Below, piece by piece: positions 27,257-41,945 of a stretch of 64,000 nt of DNA. Positions within the stretch are counted from its first letter, which is position 1. Every line of letters begins with the position of its first letter. The notes below the pieces were generated by a model that did no database searches, was not told the DNA's origin, and was given only the letters and a program-made list of their open reading frames with translations. The stretch spans positions 40,052,001-40,116,000 of the forward strand of contig NC_042998.1 of assembly GCF_006345805.1 (NCBI RefSeq), read 5' to 3'. The DNA is from Octopus sinensis. Lineage: Eukaryota. The translations under genes and the position numbers were made by a program.

Positions 27257-29254
27257 ATGTCTGTTCTCCATGCTGTCAGGGGTTGGATGGTTCGACAAGA
27301 GTTGGCAAGCCAGAGGGCTATGCTAGGTTCTGTTGTCATTTTTGGCATAGATTCTATGGCTGGATGCCCTTCCTTATACCAACAAGTTTACAGAGTGTAT
27401 TTGGTACTTCTTATCATGGCACCAGTACTGGCAGGGTCACAAAGTAACTGGCAAGACAAGACAAAGTCTCTTTGACTGGAGAGAAGTAGTATTGAGGGAG
27501 GTGGCTTAGTGCCAGTTGACAAGAAGTTAAAAAATTAATAACGGGAGAGAGATAGATGTATTGCTGTATAAGAGGTAAAAGGATATCCTAGTTGGAGAAG
27601 GAGACTTAGAGAGGAAGATAGAGGTAGAGAGACTGAGAGAGAGAGATCACCGTTATCAACATTTAATGTGCGTTTTCCATGCTGGCATAGGTTGGACAGC
27701 TTGACAGGAACTGGCAAACCCAGGTACTGCACCAGGTTCCATAGTCATTTTTGCCTTGGCTTCTATGGTGCATGGCTCAGTGGTTAGAGTGTCGGGCTTA
27801 CAGTCATGAGGTAATGAGTTCAATTCCCAGACTGGGCTGTGTATTGTGTTCTTGAGCAAGACATTTTATTTCACATTGCTCCAGTTCACTCGGCTATAGA
27901 AATGAGTAGTAGCATTACTGGTGCCAAGCTGTGTTGGCATTTGCCTTTCCCTTGAATAACATCAGTGGCATGAAGAGGGGAGGCTGGTATGCATGGGTGA
28001 CTGCTACTCTTCCATAAACAACCTTGCCCAGAGTTGTTCCTCAGAGGGGAACTTTCAAAGAGCAATCTCATGGTCATTCACGACCAAAGGGGGTCTTTAT
28101 CCTTTATCCTCTATGGCTAGATGCCCTTCTTAATGTCCACCACTTTACATAGTTTGCTGGGTGCTTTTTATGTGGCACCAGTACCTATACCAATGCATTT
28201 TATGTAGCACTTTGGTTTTAGGATCTCAATTCTGTTGTGGTGGACAGGTCTTCTCAAGTACAGTAATATGCCACATATCTCAGTGGTGGATATGTGTCAT
28301 GACATACCCTGAAGGCACTAACTTCATTTGTCTATAGCCTCTCAGATGTGTTATTTTATTGATTTGTATTGGACAGAGTCAGCCTGCTGCACTCCCAAAT
28401 ATTTGTATTTGTTTCTTTAGGTTCAACATTTGGCTGTTTGAAATGGCCATTCTATGTGGTTTTTGACATTGCACCTTCAAGTCATCCATATAGCGAGGGT
28501 TACTGAGTGTGACCTTTCCCTTTTATAGAGATATCTTCTTCAAAGTTGTATTTGGCTGATCTTTGAACTGCTTCAAAAACCACTTTGAAGAAGAGTAACA
28601 TCAACCCTTCAAAAAAGTAGGACATCAAGATAGATTGTTTAATTTGGCATTCTCTATGCTAGATGGGATTGAAAATATGGGAGAGAAACTCACTCAACAC
28701 CACTATGAGAGAAGAATAAAATGCAGGCTCCTAATTTCTCCAACCAAACTTTTTCATGAAGCTTTACATAAACATTGGGGAGCACAGTCATCAAAGAATC
28801 CATAAATTAAAGGATAAAATGGTCATCATTGAACTTGATGACAACCATAAGCATTAAAATATTCTGCTTACATTTTCTAGAGCAATTCAATCAAAGATTT
28901 TAATATCATTCCCTTTGAAAAATTTCATTATTGATTTTTTTTGTTTTTGTTTTTTTGTAGTGATCTTCCCTCGTGTTTTTTGTGTTTCTTCCTAACATCT
29001 TCCATTTGTCCAAATTCCTCTGAATGAACTCTGTTAGCCTAGTTTTGTGATGGTGGAAAATATCATATTCTTTCTTACAATCAATTATAATTATCATTAG
29101 TATGAACTACCACTGCTGCCACAGCCACTACCACTGCTACCGCCGCCACCGCCGCCACACCACCACCACCACCACCACCACTACTACTATAATTTTAAAA
29201 AAGTTTTTGTCATTTGACCTTTGAAATGTGCTGCAAATACAAGATATTTCTCAC

Positions 29255-29262
29255 ACTGATTT

Positions 29263-29296
<34 letters not shown>

Positions 29297-29555
29297 CATA
29301 CATACATACATACATACATACATACATACATACATACACACACACACATACATACATACATACATACACACACATACATACATACATACATACATACATA
29401 CATAAATATATATATATATATTTATATATGTGTATAGTTATATATATGTATATTTATATATATGTATACATACATGCATATATAAATATATATATAAATT
29501 TATATATACGTATACATACATACATATATATATATATTTATACATACATACATAC

Positions 29556-29590
<35 letters not shown>

Positions 29591-29638
29591 TGTATGTATG
29601 TATGTATGTATGTATGTATGTATGTATGTATATATATA

Positions 29639-29682
<44 letters not shown>

Positions 29683-29690
29683 ACACACAT
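29255..29690. repeat. Compound (TACA)n-(TA)n-(TATG)n-(TA)n microsatellite
   Basis: Direct reading; TACA and TATG blocks are reverse complements. Confidence 0.95.
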
Positions 29691-31250
29691 AAATGAAATG
29701 CCATCATTATAACAGTAATTTTCTTTAACATTTAACTTTTTCCTATGTGTACATGACTATATTGATCACAACTGATAATCTGGAAAATATATGGATTTTT
29801 AGTGATATGATGTGAACTTGATCCTATATACAACAGGAAGAAAAGCTTTATAGCTGGGTCTACATCTGAAGTATGACAATTGAAAGTTTGTTAATTTCTT
29901 TAGCATTGAAATTCCAAATTGAAAAACAACAATGTCTGTGTTCAGTTACTTTGCTCTCCTCTGGTATGAATGTCCATTTAGGAAAATTATCACACTTGTT
30001 GCATTTGTATAAAATGATAGGCAAAAGAGAATTGAATAAAAAAAATCTGCATGGTTGTGCGGCTAAGAAGCTTGCTTTACAACCATGTGGTTTCAGGTTC
30101 AGTCCCACTCTGTGACACATTGGACAATTGTCTTCTACTCTAGCCTCAGGCTGACCAATGCCTGGTAACTTTGGTAGATGGAGGCTTTGTGGAAGTCTGT
30201 CATATACATACATGCATATGTACGTACATATGTATGTATATATGTAGGTAGGTAGGTAGGCATTTACGTATGTACGTCTTTGTGTTTGGCCCCAATAGCA
30301 CTTGACAACTGGTGTTGGTTTGTTTACATCCCTGTAACTTAGTGGTTCAGAAAAAGAGGCCAATAGAATAAATAACAGGCTCAAAAATAAGGACTGGAGT
30401 TGATTTGATTAACAAAATCCCCCAAAGTGGTGCTCCAGCATAGCCACAGTCCAATGACTGAAACAAGTAAACATCTTATCTACTTCATATTTGTACCACT
30501 GTCTACTTAAATGCAAAGTATAATAATCAAGAGTAGTTATAGGACCAGTGGCTGATAGTTCATGTCCTATCACCAGCCAATCAGTTCTTGATATGTAAAC
30601 AAAAACTACATAAATTAAATAGGATTTTTGCTTCATATATCTTTTATCTTCTCTTTTCTATACTAGCAGGATTTTTACTTTATATATCTTTTATCTTACC
30701 CTTTCTATACTAGCAGGAGAGCAGGGTATGCATATTAATACATTTGCATATTAACAATGTGGATAATGGAAAATATCACAGGAGAGAGTTCTACATACTA
30801 AATACAAATGTGGTATATCCTCATATATGTAATATGGTGAACTGAAAAACTTTGATTAACTGAGATTATTCAAGTTATCAGCAGACAAAACTCTTTCTAT
30901 TTCATATGTGGAAATCTACTGTACTCGCATATTGTAGAAACTGTTTCTTTTACAGATGTATTCCCAGGGCAACATAATAAAAAGTGTTGCAGTGAAGTTG
31001 TTTAGCAGTTTCATATCAAAATTATTTTGATGCATTGAGTCTTTCATCTCTTTTTTTTTTTTTTAATGGCTTTGTCTGGAAATGAAGGCATGCACATTAT
31101 CTTTCAAGCTCTTTGAAACTTTTCGAGACCAAACTGTTTTGTGATCAGTTTGAACATTTCTAAATCAATAGCTGCCAGAAAAACTAAGACTAGTAGGGAA
31201 TTCTAAACAGCCAACATTCCGAGTGAGGCAGAATAGGGATGCTGCAAAGA

Positions 31251-31476
31251 GGCGAGCTGGCAGAAACATTAGCACGCCGGGCGAAATGCTTAGTGGCATT
31301 TCATCTGCCACTACATTCTGAGTTCAAATTCCGCCGAGGTCGACTTTGCCTTTCATCCTTTCGGGGTCGATTAAATAAGTACCAGCTATGCACTGTGGTC
31401 TATATAATCAACTTAATCCGTTTGTCTGTCCTTGTTTGTCCCCTCTGTGTAGCCCCTTGTGGGCAGTAAAGAAATA
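31251..31476 (+). mobile_element. SINE (ggcgagctggcagaa...gcctttcatcctttcggggtcga...gaaata), representative copy
   Basis: Flanked by a 21-23-bp TSD agaatagggatgctgcaaaga(gg); other copies at about 1706-1940(-), 21915-22110(-), 22135-22325(-), 37212-37410 and 59632-59860. Confidence 0.85.
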
Positions 31477-33915
31477 AGAATAGGGATGCTGCAAAGAGGA
31501 GAAATGGATATGCTGGTTTGGGCTGGTGGAGGTGGTATGCAATTAGTTAGTTCAGAAGAACAAATAAGAAAGTGCATAAAAAAACTTTCAATGCCCAGTG
31601 TGATATTTGAATGATTAAGATTCATTGAGAAACATTTATTAGATTAATGAACTGATGCAATAAATTGTGTTTGAAAAATGAAGAAACGTGATCTGTGTGC
31701 ATAGTAGATAATTTGTAGATAAATTAAGTATTATAGATATTCATTTTCAGTGTACTATTTTGAGAGGAATTAAAAGTAGAAGCATGGAGAGAGGAAGGGA
31801 GGGAGATACAATCACACATGATAAATATGTAAGAAATAAGAAGACATGCAGAGACAATGAGTGACATTAGTGTTTCCCAGAATTACATAATCTGCAAGAT
31901 AAAATATTTGATACTATTGTGAAAACAAGCTTTTTTGTTTTAGCTTTTGTTTTGTTCTTTACTTCATTTCAGTTAATCAAACATTAACAAAGAATGACAC
32001 CTGTTTTCTAATTGATTGTCTTGGCCACACAGAACAATGTCTTGCATGAGAACTTAATGTAAAAAAATTTTAACTCATTAATTTTATATATATATATATA
32101 CGTACTCATGTTTTGAGTTCTGTTTCATTGTATCACTAAACCTATTTCTATTGTTCAATATTCCAATATCTTTTTCATTTAGCCATTATATTTTCTTCAT
32201 TAAATTTGATTTTTAAAGTAGCATTTAAAGGCTGCTTGGAATAAAATTAAGCAGGAATATTCAACGAATAAGGAATATTAGATAATTTTTAAAAATTTTG
32301 TCCTTTCACTGTCAGCACAGTAAGTATATAAATGTTTTATTTAATTCTATATATTACAAATGTATAGAAACAATAGATTAAGGATGATTTTTTTTTCTTT
32401 TACATTGGCACATGCTTATTGGGCTTGGGGGTGTTAAAAACTCTGATGAAGCTACAGTGGCAATAAATAATGAAAGAAAGCAAATTTTGGTTACTTTTAG
32501 TTAGAATCCCGCATGAGAATAAGAAGTACCAATAAATATAACCTTACTGTTTTTTGAATTAAACTAATGTTGGAATGTAGACTTCTTTGCCTAGTAGATT
32601 CAAAGATTCCCCAAATTATTTTGAGGGTAGTAGATTAGTGTAATGTGATGTAGCCTTGTATCTCTATAACAAAATACCTATTCTTGTCCCTCTATCATAC
32701 TTTAACCTCTGAACACATGGCCTAAAGTCATCTCATTCTCTATTACATGCCTACTTAGTCAAGGGGGCTTGACTGGTGAGTTTCTTGGTGACCTTACTAG
32801 TGCCAGTGTCATGAAAAATGGCACCCAGTACATGTTGTTAAGTGGTTGGCATTAGGAAGGCATCTAACCTTAAAAACCATGCCAAAGCAGACGTTGGATC
32901 TGATATAGTCCTCTGGCTTATCAGATCCTGTCAAACTGTCCAATTCACACCAGCATGGAAGACTTATGTTGAATGATGACGATGACGACAATGGTGGCGG
33001 CGGCGGCAGTGGTGGTGATGATGGTAATGACAATGACAACAATGATACCTTTTCAAATTACAATAGTTATCCAAATGCAAACATTTATAACTACAGCCAA
33101 TAATCAAAGCTGAGTTGTATAATTGACTTGCAAGGAGCTTATTCCTAACAAAGGTAATATTAAATTATTCAGTTTAATTCATTACAATTTTTACAATAAT
33201 TCAAACTTAAATTCTTCTTAAGATGTTTTGATATTTTTCATATTGCAATGATGCAGCTTTTCTTTTTTGTCTAGCTCCAAAAGTAAATATTTTCAAACTT
33301 TTTATCTGTTGATATAACTTTTTAATCCTGTTATTTCAAATTTTGTTGAATAATTTACACTTTTAAAGGCCCAAATTGCATTCATGATTTCTTTTGTGCT
33401 TAATTTTTATGAATGCATCATAGATATTACTGGACTGAAAATTACTTTCAACAATTATTCTTATTTGGCAAGTAACTGTGCGATGGTGCAATGAAAGTGG
33501 TACACCTTGGATTTTTAAAATTAAAATTCAAGGCTTCAGAAAATCCATGCTAATACTTGGGGGAGGAGTTGTAAGGAAAATGTGTTTTTCATAATTTTAT
33601 AGTGGACAAATATGATTAATAAAAAACAAAGAAAGCAAAAAAAAAAATGATCATCTCGAAATACAAAAGTAGCTTTCCATATATTTTTTCTAAATTTCCA
33701 TATATTTTTTCTAAATTTTAAACTTTAAAACAATCATTTTAACTTTGTATGTAAAGTATACCTGTAATTTAAAACTTTCCATATAAAGTGTGCTAAGATG
33801 TTTTTTAAAAAATGTATTTGATTGCTCCTACACCACAAAAATCATAAAGGTTGAAAATCACTCACTTACTGAATGTGTTGTGAAAAAGATTTAAAGCTGG
33901 TCAAGGTGTCCCATA

Positions 33916-35547
33916 TCGGGGTCACCATTATAAATAGTGGTCCATGGTGTGTGTTGTGTGACCATCTAATAATGACTCATATCAGAAGGCTGAAATAATA
34001 CGTATAATGTGCCAGTTGGAAAAGAGAGAAGAGACACAACTGAGTAGAAAGCTTATGAAAGATTTATTGATATATTTACATGCATCTGTGTGGGTTGTAT
34101 GTTAACCATAGTGAGGGAGCTGTTAACCATAGTGAGGGAGCTCATGAACAGTGCTATGTTAAACCTGTGCAGCATGGCTGTTGCTGTGTATGTAGAGATG
34201 TTGTTGATGACGGTGAGAGACATGATGGTGGCGACAAAGATGGAGGTTGCTGTGATGCTGTTGGATGGGTGTTGTCTGGTGTCGTCGCTGGAACTGTCTG
34301 TGTCATGTGGTCAGTAGTTAGACCTTAGAAGGTCTGGAACCAAAGACCTTCAGACCAGGTGAAGTTGAGTATTTATAGCTAACGGTAGGCTCAAAATTGG
34401 AGTTGAGTACAGATTGTCTCACATGGTTTATTTCGAGGCTGCAATTGGTTAGGTTGCATATTGGCATGATAGAATAAAAGATAAATTGCACCAATACCGA
34501 CCAATCAGAGTGGTGGATACAATGAGGTCCAAATAGCAACCAAAGGTTAGCTGTTACCTGCTACGTTCGAATGTATGTATATATAATGAAGGAGAGTGGA
34601 ATTTCATTAGAGTGTGTGCAACAGACAGCACTCCAACAAGTCATTTTGAGGAAGACAAAATAGACGATAAAAAGAAGATAGTTCTGTAGTGAAGAGGTGA
34701 CAAAGTCGTGTAGCCAGCAAAACTTGATGTGAAAATGTGATGAACCTACATCCAGCTAAATGGAAATTATGGGAATGTGAAAAATCCGGGTACATGAGAG
34801 AAGAATATTAGTTGCTGTGAGAATGAGCAGTGCCAAGAATTTGCCTGCAAAACAGTGTATTGTTAGCAGAGGCTAAGGCTGTAGGTCCTAGAAAAGCGAC
34901 AGTGACTAGTCAAGTGAGTTAAGTCATAAAGATGGTGGCAAAAGAAAGAAGTTCCAACATGCAAGAAAGTTGGTGTTGATCAGGCACCAAAGGAAGAAAT
35001 ACATGGAACGCTACATGATGCAAAGAAAAATGTGCTTATGAGAGGTAGTTTGTGCATCCTACAAACCAGCAAAGAAATGTTAGGAGCTTTTTGCCAGATT
35101 AGAAAGGGGTTGAGAAAAACATTCAGCTAGAATAAACCTAGAAATGTGTCAGAGTGGATAGCATGAGGTAGACAGCCTGCATGTGTGTATGTATGAACAT
35201 TGAGCAAAAATATTTGACAGTTATAAAAAATATATGAACAAAACATTTAACAATCAAAAACAGGAACAATGTGTAAAAAAGTATCCTGAAAAGTGAAAAC
35301 ATGCAAAAAATATGTAAAACCAGTCTTTTGAAATTTACAAACATGCATTGTTTATTTGGAGGCTGCGATTGGTTAGGTTGCATATTGACACGATAGAGTA
35401 AGAAACAAATTACGTCAATTCTAACCAATCAGAGTGGTGGATACAATGGGGTCCAAATAGTGGCCAAAGGATAGCTGTTACCAGCTATGTTCGAATGTAT
35501 GTATATATAATAAAGGAGAAAGAAATTTCACTAGAGTATGCGCTACA
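33916..35547 (-). mobile_element. LTR retrotransposon relic (Gypsy, probably CsRn1-like): partial LTR, spacer, full LTR, tRNA-Trp PBS
   Basis: Direct repeat 35345-35547 vs about 34420-34623, both starting TGT(A/T)GC on the minus strand. LTR has CCAAT boxes, TATAAAT and AATAAA. TGGTGACCCCGA at 33927-33916 is complementary to the tRNA-Trp 3' end (..TCGGGGTCACCA). Confidence 0.7.
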
Positions 35548-35930
35548 GATTTTTCACTATTAACTCTTTAGCATTCAGATTATTCTGTCAAATGCAATGC
35601 TATTTATTTACATTATTTTGTATTAATTGTGTATTATTATGAATCTTCAAGATTTCAATGACGTGATTTTTTATTTTTAGAATAACATTGTAGGATAAGT
35701 GTAAGAGGCCAGATCTGGCCAGTTTAAGCATGAAACTAGTTGAATATTTGGGCTGGATATGGTCAGATTAAATGCTAAAGTGTTAAAGTTGTTTTCTAAA
35801 TATTTTAAAAACTATTACTATAAGTTTCTTCATCAGGACAGTTCTGAGATCTTTTGCTTTCTTAGAGTTTCAGAATTTTGCTATTGCTGCTGCTACTCTT
35901 TATGCAGCTGTTGTCTCTTTTGATGTTCAT

Positions 35931-36100
35931 TATCTATATATCATAAACTAGCTTATATCACTTATAACTTATCTATATATCATAACTTATCTATATATAT
36001 CATAACTTATCTATATATCATAACTTATCTATATATATCATAACTTATCTATATATCATAACTTATCTATATATCATAACTTATCTATATATCATAAACT
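35931..36100. repeat. Minisatellite: 7 units of cataacttatct(at)n (18 or 20 nt) bounded by 19-bp direct repeats
   Basis: Direct reading; tatctatatatcataaact at 35931-35949 and 36082-36100. Confidence 0.9.
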
Positions 36101-39100
36101 GTTTGTTAGGTATTTATTTAAGAAATATAATCTTAATACATCTGAATACTAAGCACATTTGATAGTTCTAAATTTTGCCCTATCAAATATGTGGCATTGT
36201 CTAATGGCTTAAGTTAAGTCTTCAAGATTTGAACTCTACACTACAAAGGAATAAAATATTCATCAATTGTATTACATAGCTACATATGTTATATATTGGA
36301 AGTAAAGATTTTTTGCCACTTAATACAAATATTGTCAACTTTTTGTTGGTGTATTACTATATTGACTTATCCCTTAATAATAACAAAAGAAATGAAAAGA
36401 AACTATCAAAGTAATCCATAAATTTTCTATAATTCTTCTTCTGACTGTTTTACATCTGGGTAGAATTGTTTATACCTTCTTCGGTTACATAATATCTAAT
36501 AAAGTAGTTTTATCTTATTTTTAGGAATCTAATCTTCTGTCACAGACGATGTTTTACTGCTTTCTAGAATAACACTTGAATTATAAATAATTTATATAAA
36601 TTCAGGATATCATTGAGGTTAAGCTATTTTTAGATCTTGGTCTAATGTTTTTTAAATTTTCTTTTATTTATCAAATACAGTTCTTTGACTAACACTTTGT
36701 GTTTACAAAAGTTTCAAATAATCTACATACTAAACAGAGTTTCATGAATTGCGTGATATTTAGAGTCAACTTTCAAGACCGTCATGCAATTTAACAGAAC
36801 TTTAAGTACACATGTACTGTTTGCAATTTACACAGATCAGTAGATTACTTTTCAAAAATGTGTCTATGCTTATAATATTTATTTGTGAACAATGTACATA
36901 CTTCTTTTTCTAGATTTTGTAAGTTAAATATTTCAGATGTGCATTATTTGTACACAGAAACTAAATATTACTAATTTTTTTCAGCCTCGATTGCATGGCC
37001 ATATTTGGTCGAGCATGACTGAAAGTAAGTATTTATTCATGCTTACTGAGATATAATAAATTGCTTAACTTACTTCAACTTTCTATGATAGTGATTTAAT
37101 ACTATAAATAGTTACTATATACTGTGTCAGTCAACACATTTTATGTCCCTAAAAATCATACGTTAATATTTAAAATGCTTTTTTTCTTTTTTTTTTTCTT
37201 TTTTGAGGGCAGTAAAATGGCAGAATTGTTAGCATGCCAGGCAAAAGGCTTAGCAGCATTTCATCTGTCCTTATGTTCTGAATTCAAATTGTGTTGAGGT
37301 TGGCTTTGCCCTTTAGGATCAATACCATTGGACACTGGGGTCAATAAATTGGCTCAACCTCTCCTCCCAAATTGCTGGCCTTGTGCCAAAATTTGAAACC
37401 AATATTTAAAATGCTTTTTCAATTTTTGAAAATTTTATTTGTGTTTCAATTTATTTAAATTTCTGATAAAAAAAAATTTGCTTTAATTTTAAAAAAAATT
37501 TGAAATTAAAAAAATAAACTTTTGCTAGACCTTGTATGTGATGTTCAATATCCCAAGGTTTTTCTTCAGAAAAATGCTAAGAAAGTTAAAAAGTCTTTTT
37601 TGAAAAATTTGCCTTTAATCCTTGAGCATTCAAATTACTCTGTTAAATGTGATGCTTATTTACGCACATAGTTTTGAATTAATCATGCATTATCTCATAG
37701 TCTTGAGATTTTGATGATGTAATTGTTTATTTTTAGAACAACATTGTAGTGTAGGTGTGAGAGGCTGGATCAGGTTGGTTTGAATGTAAAACATGTTGAA
37801 TATCTGGGCTGGATATGGCCAGTTTAAATGCTAAAGCGTTCAACAATAAATACTTTTTAACACAACTATATGTGCCACACTGTACAAACTGAATTGCAAT
37901 GTATATTGTCATTATCAAAATCAAATTGATTTTCTATAAAGAAGTCATGATAATAAGATTTCCATTTTGTTGATTTTTACAACAGGTGCACTTTTGTGGC
38001 TTCTTCATTTGAATTATTCATGTTCATATTTACTTTTTATTTTATTTAGGATGTCTGAACTTTTTTCAATATACATAATGTAGCAATAATAATAAATTTT
38101 ACTAAATATTTCTTTTCCAATGCATTGTAAAATTATACACAACAGATATTTTTTCCAGGACTTGTTTTGCCAATAATTAGGGATGCATATTATATTTGAG
38201 TGTGAAAGCACAGGAATATATTCAGTTAGAGCGTCGAGTTTACGATTGTGAGGTTGTGAGCTCGAATTTTGGACCGGCTGCATTTTGTGTTCTTGAGCAA
38301 GACACTTTATTTCACGTTGCTCCAGTTCACTCAGCTGTAGAAATGAGTTGCAACGTCACAGGTGCCAAGCTGTATCGGACTTTGCCTTTCCCTTGGATAA
38401 CACTGGTGGCATGGAGAGGAGAGGCTGGTATGCATGGGTGACTGCTGGTCTTCCATAAACAACCTTGCCCGGACTTGTTCCTGGGAGGGTAACTTTCTAG
38501 GTGCAATCCCATGGTCTGTGTTGTGACCGAAGGGGGTCTCAGAATTATATTTGAGTACTTATGCATGAAGCAGGAATATATTCAGTATTCCTGACACAAG
38601 CTATGTAAAATAATTAACCCAAATTGATATTTTGAAAATTTAATTATTCATATAAATACAAGAAAATTATTATATAAAAATTCTCAAAAAGGTTAATTAC
38701 GGAAAAGATTTAATAAAGTTTACAGACAATACCTAAAGAAATCACCCATTAACAGCCAGTAACTGAGAGGATTTCAGCATCTATCAAACTACTGGGATGT
38801 GTGTGCAAACAAAGCAAAAAATTAACATGCAAAATAAAGAGGCAAGCAATGTAAACATGGAAGAAAAAAATATCAAATTCTTCATATGTATATAGTTTAT
38901 TGCCGGGAAACTGGTACTGGAATGGAAAATTTTAAAGACATATGAAAAGTTTATGGAGTCTGGATAAACATGCATGTCTGTTGCTAAGGGGATGCACTGG
39001 ATGACACTGCCCCCTTGCTATTCAATGGTGCACCCTCAGATTTAGAAAATACAGTTTACAAAAATCTTTCTGCAATACAAATTAGTGTCCACCCAAAATA

Positions 39101-41574
39101 GTCTGAAGCTTCTCCAGACACCAAAGTCTGGTGACAGGCCTGTAAACATGTGCCTAGAATCAGGACAAAATAAGGCTGATACTATATCTCTTGACATGAG
39201 ATGTAGGTCATGTGTCTACTTTCAAATAATTTTCCAAATAGGATTCTCATATTTTTTATCTTTATGAGTGAAATTGTAGACTCGCAGTGTTCTCAAAGTT
39301 AGAGCACCAGGCTGTACATGTGCTGGTCAATTGTAACTAGTTGAAACATTTTATATGTTGTGCATTGCACATTTTTTCTGCATTGAGTCACCAGTGTAAG
39401 GTGGAAACAGAGACACAACAAAATTGAAATATTACAGTGTCTAAGATTTCTCTTGCATCAATGAATTGAATGTGTTGTGGATACACATTGTTTAAAGGGA
39501 AAAGGGTATTCTTTACAACAGCAATTAGTATATTCACATTTGGGTCTACCAGATTGTATTAAGAATGAATAGGGACGTTACTGTTTAATTCTGCATAAGA
39601 GATGATATAAAATTGGTTTGGTAGACATCAGCATATAATTTGTTTGCTGATTTCTACAAACAAGAGCCACGATTTTTGTTTAAATTCAATCTTAATTTTA
39701 ATGCTTAATAGTAGTCTCTTGATCTTAGAAAAACAGTTTTGAAATTTCTTGCTGAACAACCAGCATATATAATATATGATCAAGTGTTTGTGCTTCACAT
39801 AAGCTCACTCTTTCCATCAAATCAACAATGCTTGTACAAGTACATGGTGTGCCATATGTCAGATAGCGAAGTCATTGTAGAACATGAGATAAAGGGATTT
39901 TAAAAGATAAAGTGTTTTGTCTTTATATTTGTTACTAACTGGATCAAATTGTTGCTGTCAAACAGAAAATATTTAGAAATTTTTTTTCTTTTGTTGTGTT
40001 TTTTTTTTGCTAAGCACTTTAAAAACTTGAAAAAAAAAATAAAAGGAAAGACAAAAAGGAGTAAAAGGTGGGGTTATGAAATAGAAGACTGAGGGGAAGG
40101 ACGATGGGCCATTTAGCCCAAAACAAGTGCTCAACTGTGCTCCTTGGTAATGACTGCAATGGCATTGCTGCAAAGAATGGAGCCACTCCACCTCGCAGGA
40201 CTCATTTCTCTGACAGGTTGCCACTATCTCATTTGAACTCAGAAGATTCTCTTTCTAAAGAAATGTTTTCCTCTATCTCTCCTCTCTCTGTCTGTCTGCC
40301 TGCTTGCCTGTCTATATCTGTCTCTCTCTCTCCCCATGTATCTCATATACTACAAAACATCTATTTCTGTCCTTTTATCATGCTCTAACTTCTCATCACC
40401 AGACGCAAAGCTTACCTTCCTCAATACTACTCCTCATCTCATTTGAGAGTTCTTGTTTTGCAAGTTACTAGGTGACCTTGCTGGTATTGGTGCTATGTAA
40501 AAAACACTCAGTATACTCTGTTAAGTGGCCGGTGTTAAGAAGGGCATCTGGTCGTAGAAACCATGCTAAAGTAGACAATAGAGCATGGCATAGTCCTCTG
40601 GCTCGCCAGCTCCTGATAAACTGTTTAACCCATGCCAGCATGGAACAAATACTAAATGATGATGATGCTGATGATTCTACCAGTGTCTTTTAAGATATAA
40701 TGTAAATGTTTATGTTTAGTTCTGGTTTTGTAGTGTAAAGTGGGTTAAATATCAATCTTTCTGGTTGTGATGCCAACATGTTGTAAGCAATATTTCTACA
40801 TAATTTGATTTCTATTTAGGAAAGCATCACGAGCTAAATCAAGAGAAATTAAAAGCATTCTAAATAAACACAATGAAATCAAATATGGATTTGAACTTAC
40901 AATCTATGACCTTATCCACTTATCCATTTTGCTTGGCAGGTGTATTGAGTGAAACACAGATTTGTAGCCAAGGAGAGCAGTAACCATTGTCATATCAGTG
41001 GAAAAAATAAAGAAATAAAGGCTATATATATAGTATATGTTGGTGATTACAGACTGTTACATATTAATGAGTGGAGTTTTTACCAATTACCTAGATGGCA
41101 TTCTTTTGGATGTAATCCAGTGTGTTTGCGTGTTAGAAAAAAATCATTGTTGTCACAGTCAATTGTTGCTCTGACCAAACAATATTAGAGCTATTTCCAG
41201 AAACTGGTAGAGATCAAAATATAAGTGTATGTTACAAAAACCCTTCAAAATATATCACTGTCAAACAGGAAAGCTCAACAAAAAATGTGAAATAAAATCT
41301 GCTCATATCTTATACTTAGAGTGGTTTTTTTACTGCAATGAGGTGAAGTGGTGGATTGAAATATACTGAACTAGCTATTCAATACCACGACTTGTCTCCT
41401 CTTAAATTATTAATATGAATGTGTGTGTGTATGTGTGTGCGTGTGTGTATGTGTGTGTATGCAATGATTTAGACTAAATATAAAGCTCTAAGTAAAAATG
41501 TTTAATTTTTCATGGAACTCTGTTAACAATGCGTCTGTCATTTAAATATAATTTAGTAACAAGTGTATGTATGT

Positions 41575-41945
<371 letters not shown>

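Noticed and set aside
27012-27475. Overlapping poly-D, poly-M, poly-I and poly-S ORFs
   Set aside because: Products of (CCT)n/(ATC)n repeats running into a SINE
28421-28509. Plus-strand exon candidate STFGCLKWPFYVVFDIAPSSHPYSEGY after gtttctttAG
   Set aside because: Good acceptor but only weak donors, no recognisable homology, cannot be chained
35931-36100. Regularly spaced repeats resembling a CRISPR array
   Set aside because: No unique spacers, eukaryotic context, no cas genes; it is a minisatellite
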